Source of the DNA: Myxococcota bacterium
GTDB taxonomy: Bacteria; Myxococcota_A; Polyangia; Nannocystales; Nannocystaceae
DNA: 64,000 bases
Reading direction: 5' to 3'
Assembly: GCA_039028615.1 (NCBI GenBank)
Contig: JBCCHT010000023.1
Span: 32,001-96,000, forward strand
Shown here: piece after piece, positions 20,015-28,968 of the stretch
How the letters are laid out: the number at the start of each line of letters is the position of its first letter
How positions within the stretch are numbered: position 1 is the stretch's first letter
Made by a program: the position numbers and the translations under genes
Notes under the pieces: generated by a model
The model's database searches: none
The model's input: the letters and a program-made list of their open reading frames with translations, nothing else
What the model was told of the DNA's origin: nothing

Positions 20015-20041
20015 TAGTCCGCACGGGGGCACCCGTGATCA
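20015..20041 (-). promoter_or_regulatory. Putative ECF promoter TGATC-N16-GGACTA
   Basis: Same spacing and elements at 35569-35595 and 49146-49172; A7 tract upstream. Confidence 0.6.
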
Positions 20042-20150
20042 TGCGACCGGCGATTTTTTTGCACGAGGTGAACGGCTGATCACGGTGGATCCACCTCAGA
20101 GCCCGAATTCAGGCCATGAGCTGCTCCCAGCGGGCACACAGCAGGTCGAC

Positions 20151-20846
20151 CTAGGGCTCCGCGGCCAAGCCGGGGTAGCGGCCGAGCCCGTAACCCTCGT
20201 TGCACTCGACGACGACCCACCGCCCGTTCGCGAGGCGACCGACGTCGATCGAGAACCCGGCCACCGCCTCGTCGGTGCGACGCAGCCGGTTCAGGGCGTC
20301 GTCGAGGAACGCAGCCGGTGGCGCTTGGTCGTCCGCCCCGTGGTAGTGACACAGGCCGCGGACTTGGCCGTGCACGACGTAGGCACGGTACTCGGAGACG
20401 AACTCGACGACGGTGCTGCACTGCACCTCGAGGCGACCGGACGCGCCCTGAAAACGAAACGCGTCGTCGTAGCCGCCAAAGACGAAGCCGGTGAAGCGCT
20501 TGTCTTTGGCGAGCGGCTTGACGAACACGGGCAGGTCGCCCTCGTTGGTGAGCACGGCATCGACGGTGGAGGTCCACTGGCGTCGGCCCATCAAGGGAGC
20601 GAGCGAAGCGGGATAGGTCGGCAGGCGCTGCGCCTCGACCCCGAGCACCTTGAAGGCCGCGGCCATCATGTCGAGGTCTCCGGCGACGAGCGTGGTCGGG
20701 GACAGAGCCAGCTGCCGACGTCGCATCCGCTTGGCGGTGAAGGTCTGCACGTCGATACCACGCGCGGGCAGGATCTCGAGCACGGCCTGGGCCTCGACAT
20801 CGGGCCGGTTGGGGTCCACGACGTGGACGTAGGCGCGCTCGATCAT
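20151..20846 (-). CDS. ATP-grasp domain protein (DUF4343/R2K-like)
   Basis: VFVKP..KRFTG, EYRAYVVHG, DVG....WVVVECN. Confidence 0.75.
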   Translation of the reverse strand: MIERAYVHVVDPNRPDVEAQAVLEILPARGIDVQTFTAKRMRRRQLALSPTTLVAGDLDMMAAAFKVLGVEAQRLPTYPASLAPLMGRRQWTSTVDAVLTNEGDLPVFVKPLAKDKRFTGFVFGGYDDAFRFQGASGRLEVQCSTVVEFVSEYRAYVVHGQVRGLCHYHGADDQAPPAAFLDDALNRLRRTDEAVAGFSIDVGRLANGRWVVVECNEGYGLGRYPGLAAEP

Positions 20847-20877
20847 CGAAGGTCAGTGTAGACCAGTGTTGCTCGGA

Positions 20878-21219
20878 TCAAGTCACGTCCTGCCACGACC
20901 GAACGAACCGGACCACGATCCACGCAGCGGCGAGCAGCATCGAAGCGATGCCCAACGCGGTGAGCTTGGCGGCACGGATCACCCGGCCGTGCCTCGGGCC
21001 CAAGACCAAAGCACCGATGAAGGCCACATTCGCGGTGTTGAACAGCCGCACCGCGGTGTCTTCGGCCAACCACCAGGTCACCCGCTGGAGCGTTCCCGGG
21101 TCGACGTTGACGATGACGGCGTGGTCGTAGAGATCCGAGTATGTGAACACGAGCCAGCATCCGAAGACCCAAAGGGCCGGAAGCCAGATCTGGTGCCGAC
21201 GGGGCTCGGGGCTCTCCAC
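20878..21219 (-). CDS. Small membrane protein
   Basis: Three hydrophobic segments; start uncertain. Confidence 0.45.
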   Translation of the reverse strand: MESPEPRRHQIWLPALWVFGCWLVFTYSDLYDHAVIVNVDPGTLQRVTWWLAEDTAVRLFNTANVAFIGALVLGPRHGRVIRAAKLTALGIASMLLAAAWIVVRFVRSWQDVT

Positions 21220-21325
21220 GGTCGAAACAACGGGTGAATCGGCGCGTGCTTTCAGGCCCAACGCCGTCGATGAACCCCGCGGCCCGAGTCGAGCCGCAGG
21301 GTTCCGTTCGTCGGCGATCAGGAGC

Positions 21326-22348
21326 TCAGAACCCGGGCCCTTCGATCTCCCCCGCCTCGACCTCTTCGGCCGGCATGCCCATGGGGACATCGCTGGCCGG
21401 TAGCTCGGCGAGCGACACGATCGACCCGTCCTCGGCACGCGCGTGCAAGGCCCCGGACAGCGCCGCGCCGAGGGCGACGATGTCGTCGGAGGTCACGTCC
21501 TCGTCCTCCGGGTCGACCACGTGCTGCAGCGTGGTGCTGTACCCGAGCTGGGTCAGCTCGTTCTGCGTATTCTGGTAGCCGGCCAGGAACGCGGCGGGGG
21601 TCATCGACTGGGTCCAGGTGTGCTGACCGTTGACGGCGTTGTAGGTCCACAATCGCAGGGTCAACGAATCCACCGTCCACGGCACGGTCTGAGCGCACGC
21701 GACGAAGTCGTCGAAGAGCTGATGCGCGTTGCCGCCCTGGACGTGACAGGCCTGCGTGAGCGTGGGAGCACCCGGCGGTGTGGAAATGGTGACCGACTCG
21801 ATCATCGCGACTTCGGTGGCCCCGGTCGCGGTGGGAATGATGTAGTCGAAATAGGTGGGCGATCCCCAGCGATCCATGCCCAAGATCGCGATGGCGATGG
21901 TCTCGATGGGGCTGGGCGTCTCGGGGCACAGCCACTCCCCCGAACCGGGCTCGGGATCTCCTGCGGCATTCTCGTAGAGGAAGGGGCCGAAGAACGAGGG
22001 GTTGTTCTCCATATAGTTGAGGTCATCCGCGTGATGGCAGTGGACCCCCCAAGTACCCGCTTGGGGCACATTCTCGACGCCGTTGACGTTGATGCTGTAG
22101 TGCGGCGGGTTGTGGGTGACGATGTCCGGATCGGCGACCCCCTTCCAGTCGAGGGCGTGATAGCCGTACAGCGCGGTCTGTACGAGGGTATAGCCGGTCC
22201 CCGGATAGTTCATCGAGCCGAGGCCGGTGGGGGTGTAGGTGGTGACGGTCGGGGCCTTGTCGACCGAGGGGTCGACGATGCTGGACTCTCCGGCAAAGGC
22301 GGGCGTGGCCAGCAAGGCAAGGGCGAGCAGGGGGGCGTTTCGAAGCAT
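21326..22348 (-). CDS. Secreted hypothetical protein
   Basis: Signal peptide ending PAFA; AGGAG RBS; no family recognised. Confidence 0.75.
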   Translation of the reverse strand: MLRNAPLLALALLATPAFAGESSIVDPSVDKAPTVTTYTPTGLGSMNYPGTGYTLVQTALYGYHALDWKGVADPDIVTHNPPHYSINVNGVENVPQAGTWGVHCHHADDLNYMENNPSFFGPFLYENAAGDPEPGSGEWLCPETPSPIETIAIAILGMDRWGSPTYFDYIIPTATGATEVAMIESVTISTPPGAPTLTQACHVQGGNAHQLFDDFVACAQTVPWTVDSLTLRLWTYNAVNGQHTWTQSMTPAAFLAGYQNTQNELTQLGYSTTLQHVVDPEDEDVTSDDIVALGAALSGALHARAEDGSIVSLAELPASDVPMGMPAEEVEAGEIEGPGF

Positions 22349-22571
22349 GGGGGATTGACTCCTGTCGGGACGGGCCGCGACGTGCGGCCGGATACAGCGG
22401 CCAAACTGGCGTCCCCCCTCGGATTTGGCATCTGAACGCGATCTAAAACGAGGCATCAGAGGGGGCCTGGCGCCCGTGGTCGGGTCGATGGCCGCCCCTG
22501 CCCTGCTCCGCCGCCCACCGCCAATCCATCCCCGCGGTGAATGCACGCGTGCTCCATGCAAAACTGTCATC

Positions 22572-23471
22572 GTGCATCCCCATGCCGTGATCCAGTTGCC
22601 CGATGGTTCGGCTCATGAACTGGTGCCCGGAGACATCATCGGACGCATGCACACGGCGGCGCTCGTCGTGGACGACGGGCGGGTGAGCGAAGCCCACGCG
22701 ATGGTGAGCCTGCGGGGCGGCGATCTGCAGCTGCTGGGGCTGCGGGGCGCGTTCACGGTCGACGGGACTGCGCGCGACCAGGTAGTGCTGAAGACCGGGC
22801 TGCGGGTGGCGCTGGCCAAGGGCGTCGCCCTGCGCGTGCTGTCGGTGACGCTGCCCGACGATGTGCTGGGTCTCGAAGGACCCGACCTCCCGCTGCGTGC
22901 GCTGCCAGGGGTGTCGTCGATCGTGACGTCACCGCGGCTGCGCGTCGTTCGAGGCTGGGACGAACGCGCGACGGCGCGGGTCTGGAGCACGGGCGAGGCC
23001 TGGCGACTGCGCGTCGGTGACGGAGCCCACCGCCCGGTGGAGGCAGGCGACGAGATCGAGATCGACGGAGCGACCCTGCGCTTCCGGTCGATCCCGCTGT
23101 CGGGTGCGGGCCATAGCGCGACCCGCCGACCCGATCGCCCGGCCGCGTCGCTGACCATCGTGGCGAACTACGACTCGGTGCAGATCCACCGCGAAGGCCG
23201 GGTCGTGCTGCACTTCGGCGGGATCTTGGCGCGCTTGGTTTCGGAGCTGGTCGCGGTGCGAGGCCCGGTCGCGTGGCGAGTCTTGGCCGCGGAGCTGTGG
23301 CCGGATCAGGACGACGCGGCGGTGGTCCGCGGTCGGCTCGACGTCAACCTCAGCCGTCTGCGTCGCAAGTTTCGTGTGGCCGGGCTGCGCCCCGACCTCG
23401 TCCGCACCGATGGGGCCGGCCAAGTGGAGCTGGTGCTCGGGCCTCACGACACCATCGAGGACCGTACGTGA
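22572..23471 (+). CDS. FHA domain + C-terminal winged-helix transcriptional regulator
   Basis: FHA motif IGR...VSEAHA; C-terminal ELWPD...LDVNLSRLRRKF OmpR-like wHTH. Confidence 0.75.
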   Translation: MHPHAVIQLPDGSAHELVPGDIIGRMHTAALVVDDGRVSEAHAMVSLRGGDLQLLGLRGAFTVDGTARDQVVLKTGLRVALAKGVALRVLSVTLPDDVLGLEGPDLPLRALPGVSSIVTSPRLRVVRGWDERATARVWSTGEAWRLRVGDGAHRPVEAGDEIEIDGATLRFRSIPLSGAGHSATRRPDRPAASLTIVANYDSVQIHREGRVVLHFGGILARLVSELVAVRGPVAWRVLAAELWPDQDDAAVVRGRLDVNLSRLRRKFRVAGLRPDLVRTDGAGQVELVLGPHDTIEDRT

Positions 23472-26400
23472 GCGACACCCCGGCGCGCTTGCGGGTGCTG
23501 AGCGGAGGCCCGCTCGAGGGCACGGCCGACCGCGTAGGGACCGAGGGTTCGGCCTGCTTCGACGTGACCGAGCGCGAGCGCTACGACGATGCGGGGCGAC
23601 TGGGGCGAGGTGGCATGGGCGAGGTACGGGTCGCGGTCGACCAACGCCTCGACCGAGAGGTCGCCCTCAAGACGAGCCTGGCCCACGACGCGGAGACCGA
23701 GGCGCGAATGGTGCGGGAAGCGATGCTGGCTGCCCACCTGGAGCACCCCGGCATCGTGCCGGTCTACGGGGCGGGGCGACTGCCGGACGGGCGCCTGTAC
23801 TACACGATGCGGGTCGTCCGTGGCCGCTCGCTGCAAGATGCACTCGCAGACACCACCACGCTGGCCTCCCGGTTGCGACTGGTGCGACGGGTACTCGATG
23901 CCGCCGAAGCGGTCGCCTACGCCCACGATCGCGGCGTGCTGCACCGCGACCTGAAGCCGGCGAACGTGATGCTGGCCGAGCACGGGGAGACGGTGGTCGT
24001 GGACTGGGGCCTGGCGACGATGCTGTCTCCCGCGCCCCCCGTCGACGGGACCTCGGTGCCCGGTCACTCGTCCGAGCCTCCCGCGACACCGCTGTCGAGC
24101 GAGACGGGCACCGACCCGGGCGGAGCCGATCTCACGCTGCCCGGCGACGTGTTCGGGACCCCCGCGTACATGGCCCCGGAGCAGGCCCGCGGCGAACAGG
24201 TGGGCAAGCGGGCGGACGTCTTTGCGCTCGGCGGGATGCTCTTCCACCTGCTGACCGGACACCCGCCACGAGAGTGCGACGCCACGGCGGGTCCCACGGA
24301 GCCCGTGCGCGCGCGTCATCCCGAGGTTCCGGCCGAGCTCGCGGCCATCGCCGATCGGGCCCTGTCGGACGATGCCACCGCGCGCTATCCAGACGCGGGC
24401 GCGCTGGCAGCCGATCTCGCCGCATGGCTCGACGGTCGCCCCGTCACCGCCCACGACTATTCCCTCGTCGAGCTGCTGGCGCGCCTGGTTCGAGCCCACC
24501 GCCTCGCCATCACGGTGGCCCTGATCGCGACCATCGGAATCGTGGTGGCCATCGTCGTCGGCATGCAACGCACGATCGCCGAGCGCAACCGGGCCCGCGC
24601 GGCGGAGACCGAGGCGGTGCAGGCCCGCGAGAGCTCGGATGCCAACCTGGCGCGCGCGCTCGTGGCCCAGGCCATCGTCGCCGCCGATCGAGGAGACCGA
24701 GCCCGCGCCGAGCTCCTCGCCGCCCATGCGCTGCGTTTCGGCGAGGATCCGCGCGCACGAGGGCTGCTGGCCCGATCCGCGGGTCGACCCCGAGCGACCC
24801 GCGTGCACGTGGGTCCTCCTCTCGATTGCCTCGACGTGGAAGTCGACACCCGGGGCGAGCGCGTCGCGTGTCTGCGCGACGACGAGGTCCTGGTACTGGT
24901 ACCCGATCGAGGCCCGACGCCCCTCGCTCGCCGACCGATCCGAGCCTGGTCGGCCGCGTTCGGGGGTGACCTGCCGTGGCTGGCCATGCTCGACGAAGAG
25001 GGGATCTTGGGATGGGACCTCGCCACGAACCGAATCGACCGCTTGCCCGGGCCGTCGCTCGACTCCGAGCTGCGCACCACCGCCATCCCCGGCGTCGCGC
25101 TGCGCTTCGCTCGAGGCCGGGCGCACGTGGTCGATGCCGACGGCCACCCCGAGGCGCTGGGGCCCGAGTGTCCAGGGCGTACCCGACCGCTGCGCTCGGT
25201 CATGCTGCCCGGTGCGCGGGTCTTCTACGCCTGCGCGGGCCGAGGCTCGGCGGATAGCACCATCGTGCGAATCGAGGCCGACGGCACCCACGAACAGCTG
25301 CTGTCGATTCCCGTCGGGGATGGGCCGCCCTCCGCCTTGGACGTCGACCCCGACGACCCGCAGCGAGTCGTCGTCGGCACCGAGGACGGCCTCGTCACCC
25401 TCTACGAGCGAGGCCGCGTGCTGGTCCTTCGTCGACCCGAGGGCGGCCCCGGCGTGCGCGAGCTGGCGCTATCCGGCTCTCGCATCGCCATCGCGGGTAG
25501 CCAAGGGGGCGTGCAGGTCCTCGACCTCGAAGCGCCGCAGTGGAGCACGAGCCTCCCGGCGGGCCCCGCCACCGTGCGCTGGATCGAGGATGGGCAGGTG
25601 CTCCGAGTGGTGAGCGACGAGGTCACCGACTGGGAAGTCCCCGCCGTCCTGTGGCCCCACCGCCTGGAGCTCGGCTCCGGGCTCTCCGCGGTCGCGCTCA
25701 GCCCCGACGGCGAGACGATCGGCAGCACCCACGGCGACGGCACCCTGCGCCTGCACGAGCGCAGGACCGGCGCGCTCCGCTTTCGGCACTCGCTCCAAGG
25801 CGGCGTCGCCAAGGACCTGGCCTTCTCCCCCGATGGCCGCTTCGTCGCCGCGGGTACGGCCCAGGGCCTCGAGGTGGTGGTCTTCGACGTCGAGTCGGGG
25901 GCACGCGTGCGCTCCATTCCCACCAAGAAAACCCGCCGACTCGCCTGGGATGCGACCCAGCTATTCGTGGTCCCGAGTGCCTATGCCCTCACCAGCTGGG
26001 ACTCGGTCGGCACGCGCCGCGACTGGGCGGTGGACCTGCAGGTCGACGATCTCGAGCGCATCGTGGACGGACCCGGCGTGGTGATCGTCGAAAACCGCAG
26101 CTTCGTTCGCCGACTCGACCCCGCGGTGGGACTGCACGCCGACACGCCGCGGGCCGAGGTCACCAATGCCCACGCCGTCGCGAGCAGCCGCAACCGGACC
26201 TACGTCGCGGCCGGCCACATGGTGGTCACCTTCGACGCCGAGCTGCGAGAGCTCGATCGGCTACGAACCCCGGGGGCCGAGATCGAAGAGGTCGCCCTTT
26301 CTCCCGACGCTCGCTGGCTCGCGGTCGGTCACCGCGACGGCGCGGTGGGGCTGTGGCGAACCGAGGACTGGCAGCCAATCGCTCGGCTCGAAGGCCATAC

Positions 26401-26575
26401 GGGTCGGGTCCCGGCCCTCGCCTTCACTCCCCGAGGCGACGGGCTCGTCAGCGGGAGCTGGGACGGCACGATCCGCACCTGGGACCTCGGCGTCATGGAG
26501 ATCACCGCGGCCGACTTCATCGAGACGGCGCAAGCGGCCTGGGGCATGGACCTGGCCGCCGCGCTGCAGCGCTAG
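23468..26575 (+). CDS. Ser/Thr protein kinase with WD40 repeats
   Basis: GRGGMG, HRDLKPAN, DWG, GTPAYMAPE; LEGHTGRVPALAF...SGSWDGTIRTWD; GTGA overlap with FHA gene. Confidence 0.92.
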   Translation: MSDTPARLRVLSGGPLEGTADRVGTEGSACFDVTERERYDDAGRLGRGGMGEVRVAVDQRLDREVALKTSLAHDAETEARMVREAMLAAHLEHPGIVPVYGAGRLPDGRLYYTMRVVRGRSLQDALADTTTLASRLRLVRRVLDAAEAVAYAHDRGVLHRDLKPANVMLAEHGETVVVDWGLATMLSPAPPVDGTSVPGHSSEPPATPLSSETGTDPGGADLTLPGDVFGTPAYMAPEQARGEQVGKRADVFALGGMLFHLLTGHPPRECDATAGPTEPVRARHPEVPAELAAIADRALSDDATARYPDAGALAADLAAWLDGRPVTAHDYSLVELLARLVRAHRLAITVALIATIGIVVAIVVGMQRTIAERNRARAAETEAVQARESSDANLARALVAQAIVAADRGDRARAELLAAHALRFGEDPRARGLLARSAGRPRATRVHVGPPLDCLDVEVDTRGERVACLRDDEVLVLVPDRGPTPLARRPIRAWSAAFGGDLPWLAMLDEEGILGWDLATNRIDRLPGPSLDSELRTTAIPGVALRFARGRAHVVDADGHPEALGPECPGRTRPLRSVMLPGARVFYACAGRGSADSTIVRIEADGTHEQLLSIPVGDGPPSALDVDPDDPQRVVVGTEDGLVTLYERGRVLVLRRPEGGPGVRELALSGSRIAIAGSQGGVQVLDLEAPQWSTSLPAGPATVRWIEDGQVLRVVSDEVTDWEVPAVLWPHRLELGSGLSAVALSPDGETIGSTHGDGTLRLHERRTGALRFRHSLQGGVAKDLAFSPDGRFVAAGTAQGLEVVVFDVESGARVRSIPTKKTRRLAWDATQLFVVPSAYALTSWDSVGTRRDWAVDLQVDDLERIVDGPGVVIVENRSFVRRLDPAVGLHADTPRAEVTNAHAVASSRNRTYVAAGHMVVTFDAELRELDRLRTPGAEIEEVALSPDARWLAVGHRDGAVGLWRTEDWQPIARLEGHTGRVPALAFTPRGDGLVSGSWDGTIRTWDLGVMEITAADFIETAQAAWGMDLAAALQR

Positions 26576-26608
26576 AGTTCGTCGGCCCTCTGGTCTGCCG
26601 CCGAAAGC

Positions 26609-28114
26609 TCAGCGATCCATCCACAGGCGGCGATTGACATCGTCGACGGCATCGAGACGCCGTCGATGGCGTCGCTGATCGAGTTCCGACATGTCTTGGA
26701 ACGTCCTGTTCATGTGTCGGTACTGCTGATCGATCTGGCCGCGGATCCGTTCCCGCCGCTCGGCGTGCTCACGCGTGGCCGGGATCCCCTGATGCTCCCG
26801 CAACAGAGCACCGGCCTGCCGCTCGTGGTCACTGAAGCGATCGCGGATGATCTGCGCGGCCCCGGTTCGCTCGTCGTTGGCCTCCAACATCGTCGTCACG
26901 CCACCGACTCGGCGATCCAGCGCATCCTTGAGCGGCTGCAGCCGGCGCTGCGTCGCGTCGTCCAGCGCACCGAAGTGGGTCAACGCCGAGCGGTGCGCGT
27001 GGCGAATCTGGTCGCTGGTGGGGAGGTTCTCCGCTTGCCCCTGCACCAAGCGACTGTGCGCGGTGAGGACCTCGTGGGAGAAGGCCTCGAACTCTCGCGC
27101 GTCCGCGTCGTCGGCGTGCCGCCCCGCTCGGGCCTGACCCGCGTGGACCGACTCGTGCTCGATCGTGTTGACGAGGTTGCCCATCTGGTTGGTACGCGCC
27201 CACTGATCCATCCACTCGCGGTGAATGAAGATCTGCGGACCGTGGGGCCCGGGCACGGTGACCCCGAACGGGTTCCGGCCGCCACGTGAGACCTGCTGCG
27301 GGTCGGCGCCGACGCTCTTGAAGTCGTCGGTCATGCGGATCGACGCGGCGTTGCCGGCCAATCGCAAGTTGCGATGAAGATGAGCGAGCGCCTCGTCGTG
27401 CCGCCCGGCGAGGATCATCCGACGCGCCTCCTCGGCCCGCCCGGCCTCCATCGCATCACGACCACGCAGCTCTCGCTCGGCTTCGAGGCGCTCGTGCTCG
27501 GGCCGGGTGACATCATCGATCACCCGGTTGAGCTGGCGGCGCGAGTGCTCCTCGAACATGCACTGCGCGGGCGCAGGGGCACTCGCCATCGCCCCCGGCA
27601 TGGGGCCGGGCATCGCGGGGCCGCCCACGGGCAAGCGTGCGTCCAGGCCTCGAACCGCCCGATCCCCCAGCGTGTCGGCCTGCTGCTCGAGCGCGTGTTC
27701 GTCGTTGACGGCGACCCCTCCGATCAACCGTGTGACGCCCACGTTCCCCCGCCGTTGTTGCACGACATGGGCGAACTCGTGGGCCAGCACGCGACGCCCC
27801 TGGGCGTCACCCGGCTGCACGCGCCCGGGCGCCAAGTGAATCTCGTTGCGCCGCGTGAACGCGACCGCCCCCACTGCGGCCGCTTCGGCCGAGTCCGGTC
27901 GCAGACGCACATCGGAGAAGTCCTCCCCGAACGCTCGCTCCATGTGCCGCCGCAGGCCGGGCTCGACCGCCTGCCCTCCCCTCGCGCCCGAGACCCGGAT
28001 ATTGCTCAACGAAAACGGGACCCGCGGCACCGCCTCGACGTCCGACGGCTCCGAGGTGGGACTCGGCGTCACGACCGACGGCTCCGGCCTATGTAGTGCT
28101 CGACGCTCGCTCAC
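26609..28114 (-). CDS. DUF4157 domain protein with C-terminal HExxH domain
   Basis: MERAFGEDFSDVR, AFTRRNEIH, LAHEFAHVVQQ, EQQAD; second motif IEHESVH...EFEAF. Confidence 0.85.
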   Translation of the reverse strand: MSERRALHRPEPSVVTPSPTSEPSDVEAVPRVPFSLSNIRVSGARGGQAVEPGLRRHMERAFGEDFSDVRLRPDSAEAAAVGAVAFTRRNEIHLAPGRVQPGDAQGRRVLAHEFAHVVQQRRGNVGVTRLIGGVAVNDEHALEQQADTLGDRAVRGLDARLPVGGPAMPGPMPGAMASAPAPAQCMFEEHSRRQLNRVIDDVTRPEHERLEAERELRGRDAMEAGRAEEARRMILAGRHDEALAHLHRNLRLAGNAASIRMTDDFKSVGADPQQVSRGGRNPFGVTVPGPHGPQIFIHREWMDQWARTNQMGNLVNTIEHESVHAGQARAGRHADDADAREFEAFSHEVLTAHSRLVQGQAENLPTSDQIRHAHRSALTHFGALDDATQRRLQPLKDALDRRVGGVTTMLEANDERTGAAQIIRDRFSDHERQAGALLREHQGIPATREHAERRERIRGQIDQQYRHMNRTFQDMSELDQRRHRRRLDAVDDVNRRLWMDR

Positions 28115-28174
28115 GGGAATCCACCAACGCTCCCATGATACCCCGCGTCCCGAGCATGAGCCCAGGCCCCGGAA

Positions 28175-28591
28175 CTAGATCCGTCGCGCCATTGGCTCGG
28201 GCACGAGCTCCTCGATCGGCGTCTGCAAGTGCGAACGATCGAGAGGGCGCCGGATCCTCCCCGCCAGCTCGGAGAGAACGACGGACGCCTGCACCCCACC
28301 GCGGGACTTTTCGCGCATGAGCTCGACGAGGTCGGCCGGGGTCTGAACGGCGTGGATCTCCGCTTCTTCGGTGGTGAAACCGTGGAGCCCCTCGAAGATC
28401 CAGATCACCTCGGTGACGACGAAGTAGCGGGTCTGGGCGTTGGCATAGCGACGCATCGACAGCCCGAGCTCCCGAAACGAGTGTCCACATTTCGGGCATT
28501 TCGCCTCGAGCAGCACCACGTCTTCGAGCGCCATCGCCAGCGGCGCGGAGCACCCGGGACAATCGAGCCGGACCGGATCGTCGAACTTCAT
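28175..28591 (-). CDS. Zn-ribbon protein with acyl-carrier-like C-terminal helices
   Basis: CPGC...CPKC; TEVIWIFE..HGF..EEAEIHAVQTPADLVELM; ATGA overlap with upstream gene. Confidence 0.6.
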   Translation of the reverse strand: MKFDDPVRLDCPGCSAPLAMALEDVVLLEAKCPKCGHSFRELGLSMRRYANAQTRYFVVTEVIWIFEGLHGFTTEEAEIHAVQTPADLVELMREKSRGGVQASVVLSELAGRIRRPLDRSHLQTPIEELVPEPMARRI

Positions 28592-28911
28592 TGCTCGCAG
28601 CCGATGCCGTCGTTGTCCCGGTCGAGGCCGTACTCGTCGGGGCCGACCACCGTCACCGGTGCCGCTCCCAGAGCGATGACGTCGGCGCAATCGAGATCGT
28701 CTTCGACGGGCAGGCACGGGTCGTACGACGAGTGACACTGCGGCGTGGGCTCGAGCGTGGTCCCGTCCGTGGTGTCGTCCTCCCCACCGCTGGAGCTGGC
28801 CGCCACCAGGTCATCGTCGGAGAAATCTCGGATGGGGCCCCGCAAACAACCCACGATCTCCGCGCTCAGCAAGAGCACGGCGGCGAAGCGTAGGTGCTGG
28901 CTCGGCGCCAT
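28588..28911 (-). CDS. Small lipoprotein with Excalibur-like Ca-binding motif
   Basis: Lipobox IVGC; SYDPCLP..DLDC...GLDRDNDGIGCE. Confidence 0.75.
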   Translation of the reverse strand: MAPSQHLRFAAVLLLSAEIVGCLRGPIRDFSDDDLVAASSSGGEDDTTDGTTLEPTPQCHSSYDPCLPVEDDLDCADVIALGAAPVTVVGPDEYGLDRDNDGIGCEQ

Positions 28912-28968
28912 CACGTCGAGATTTTCAGAACGTCGCAGCCGCAGCAAGGGTTTTCGAGAGGCGCGGGC

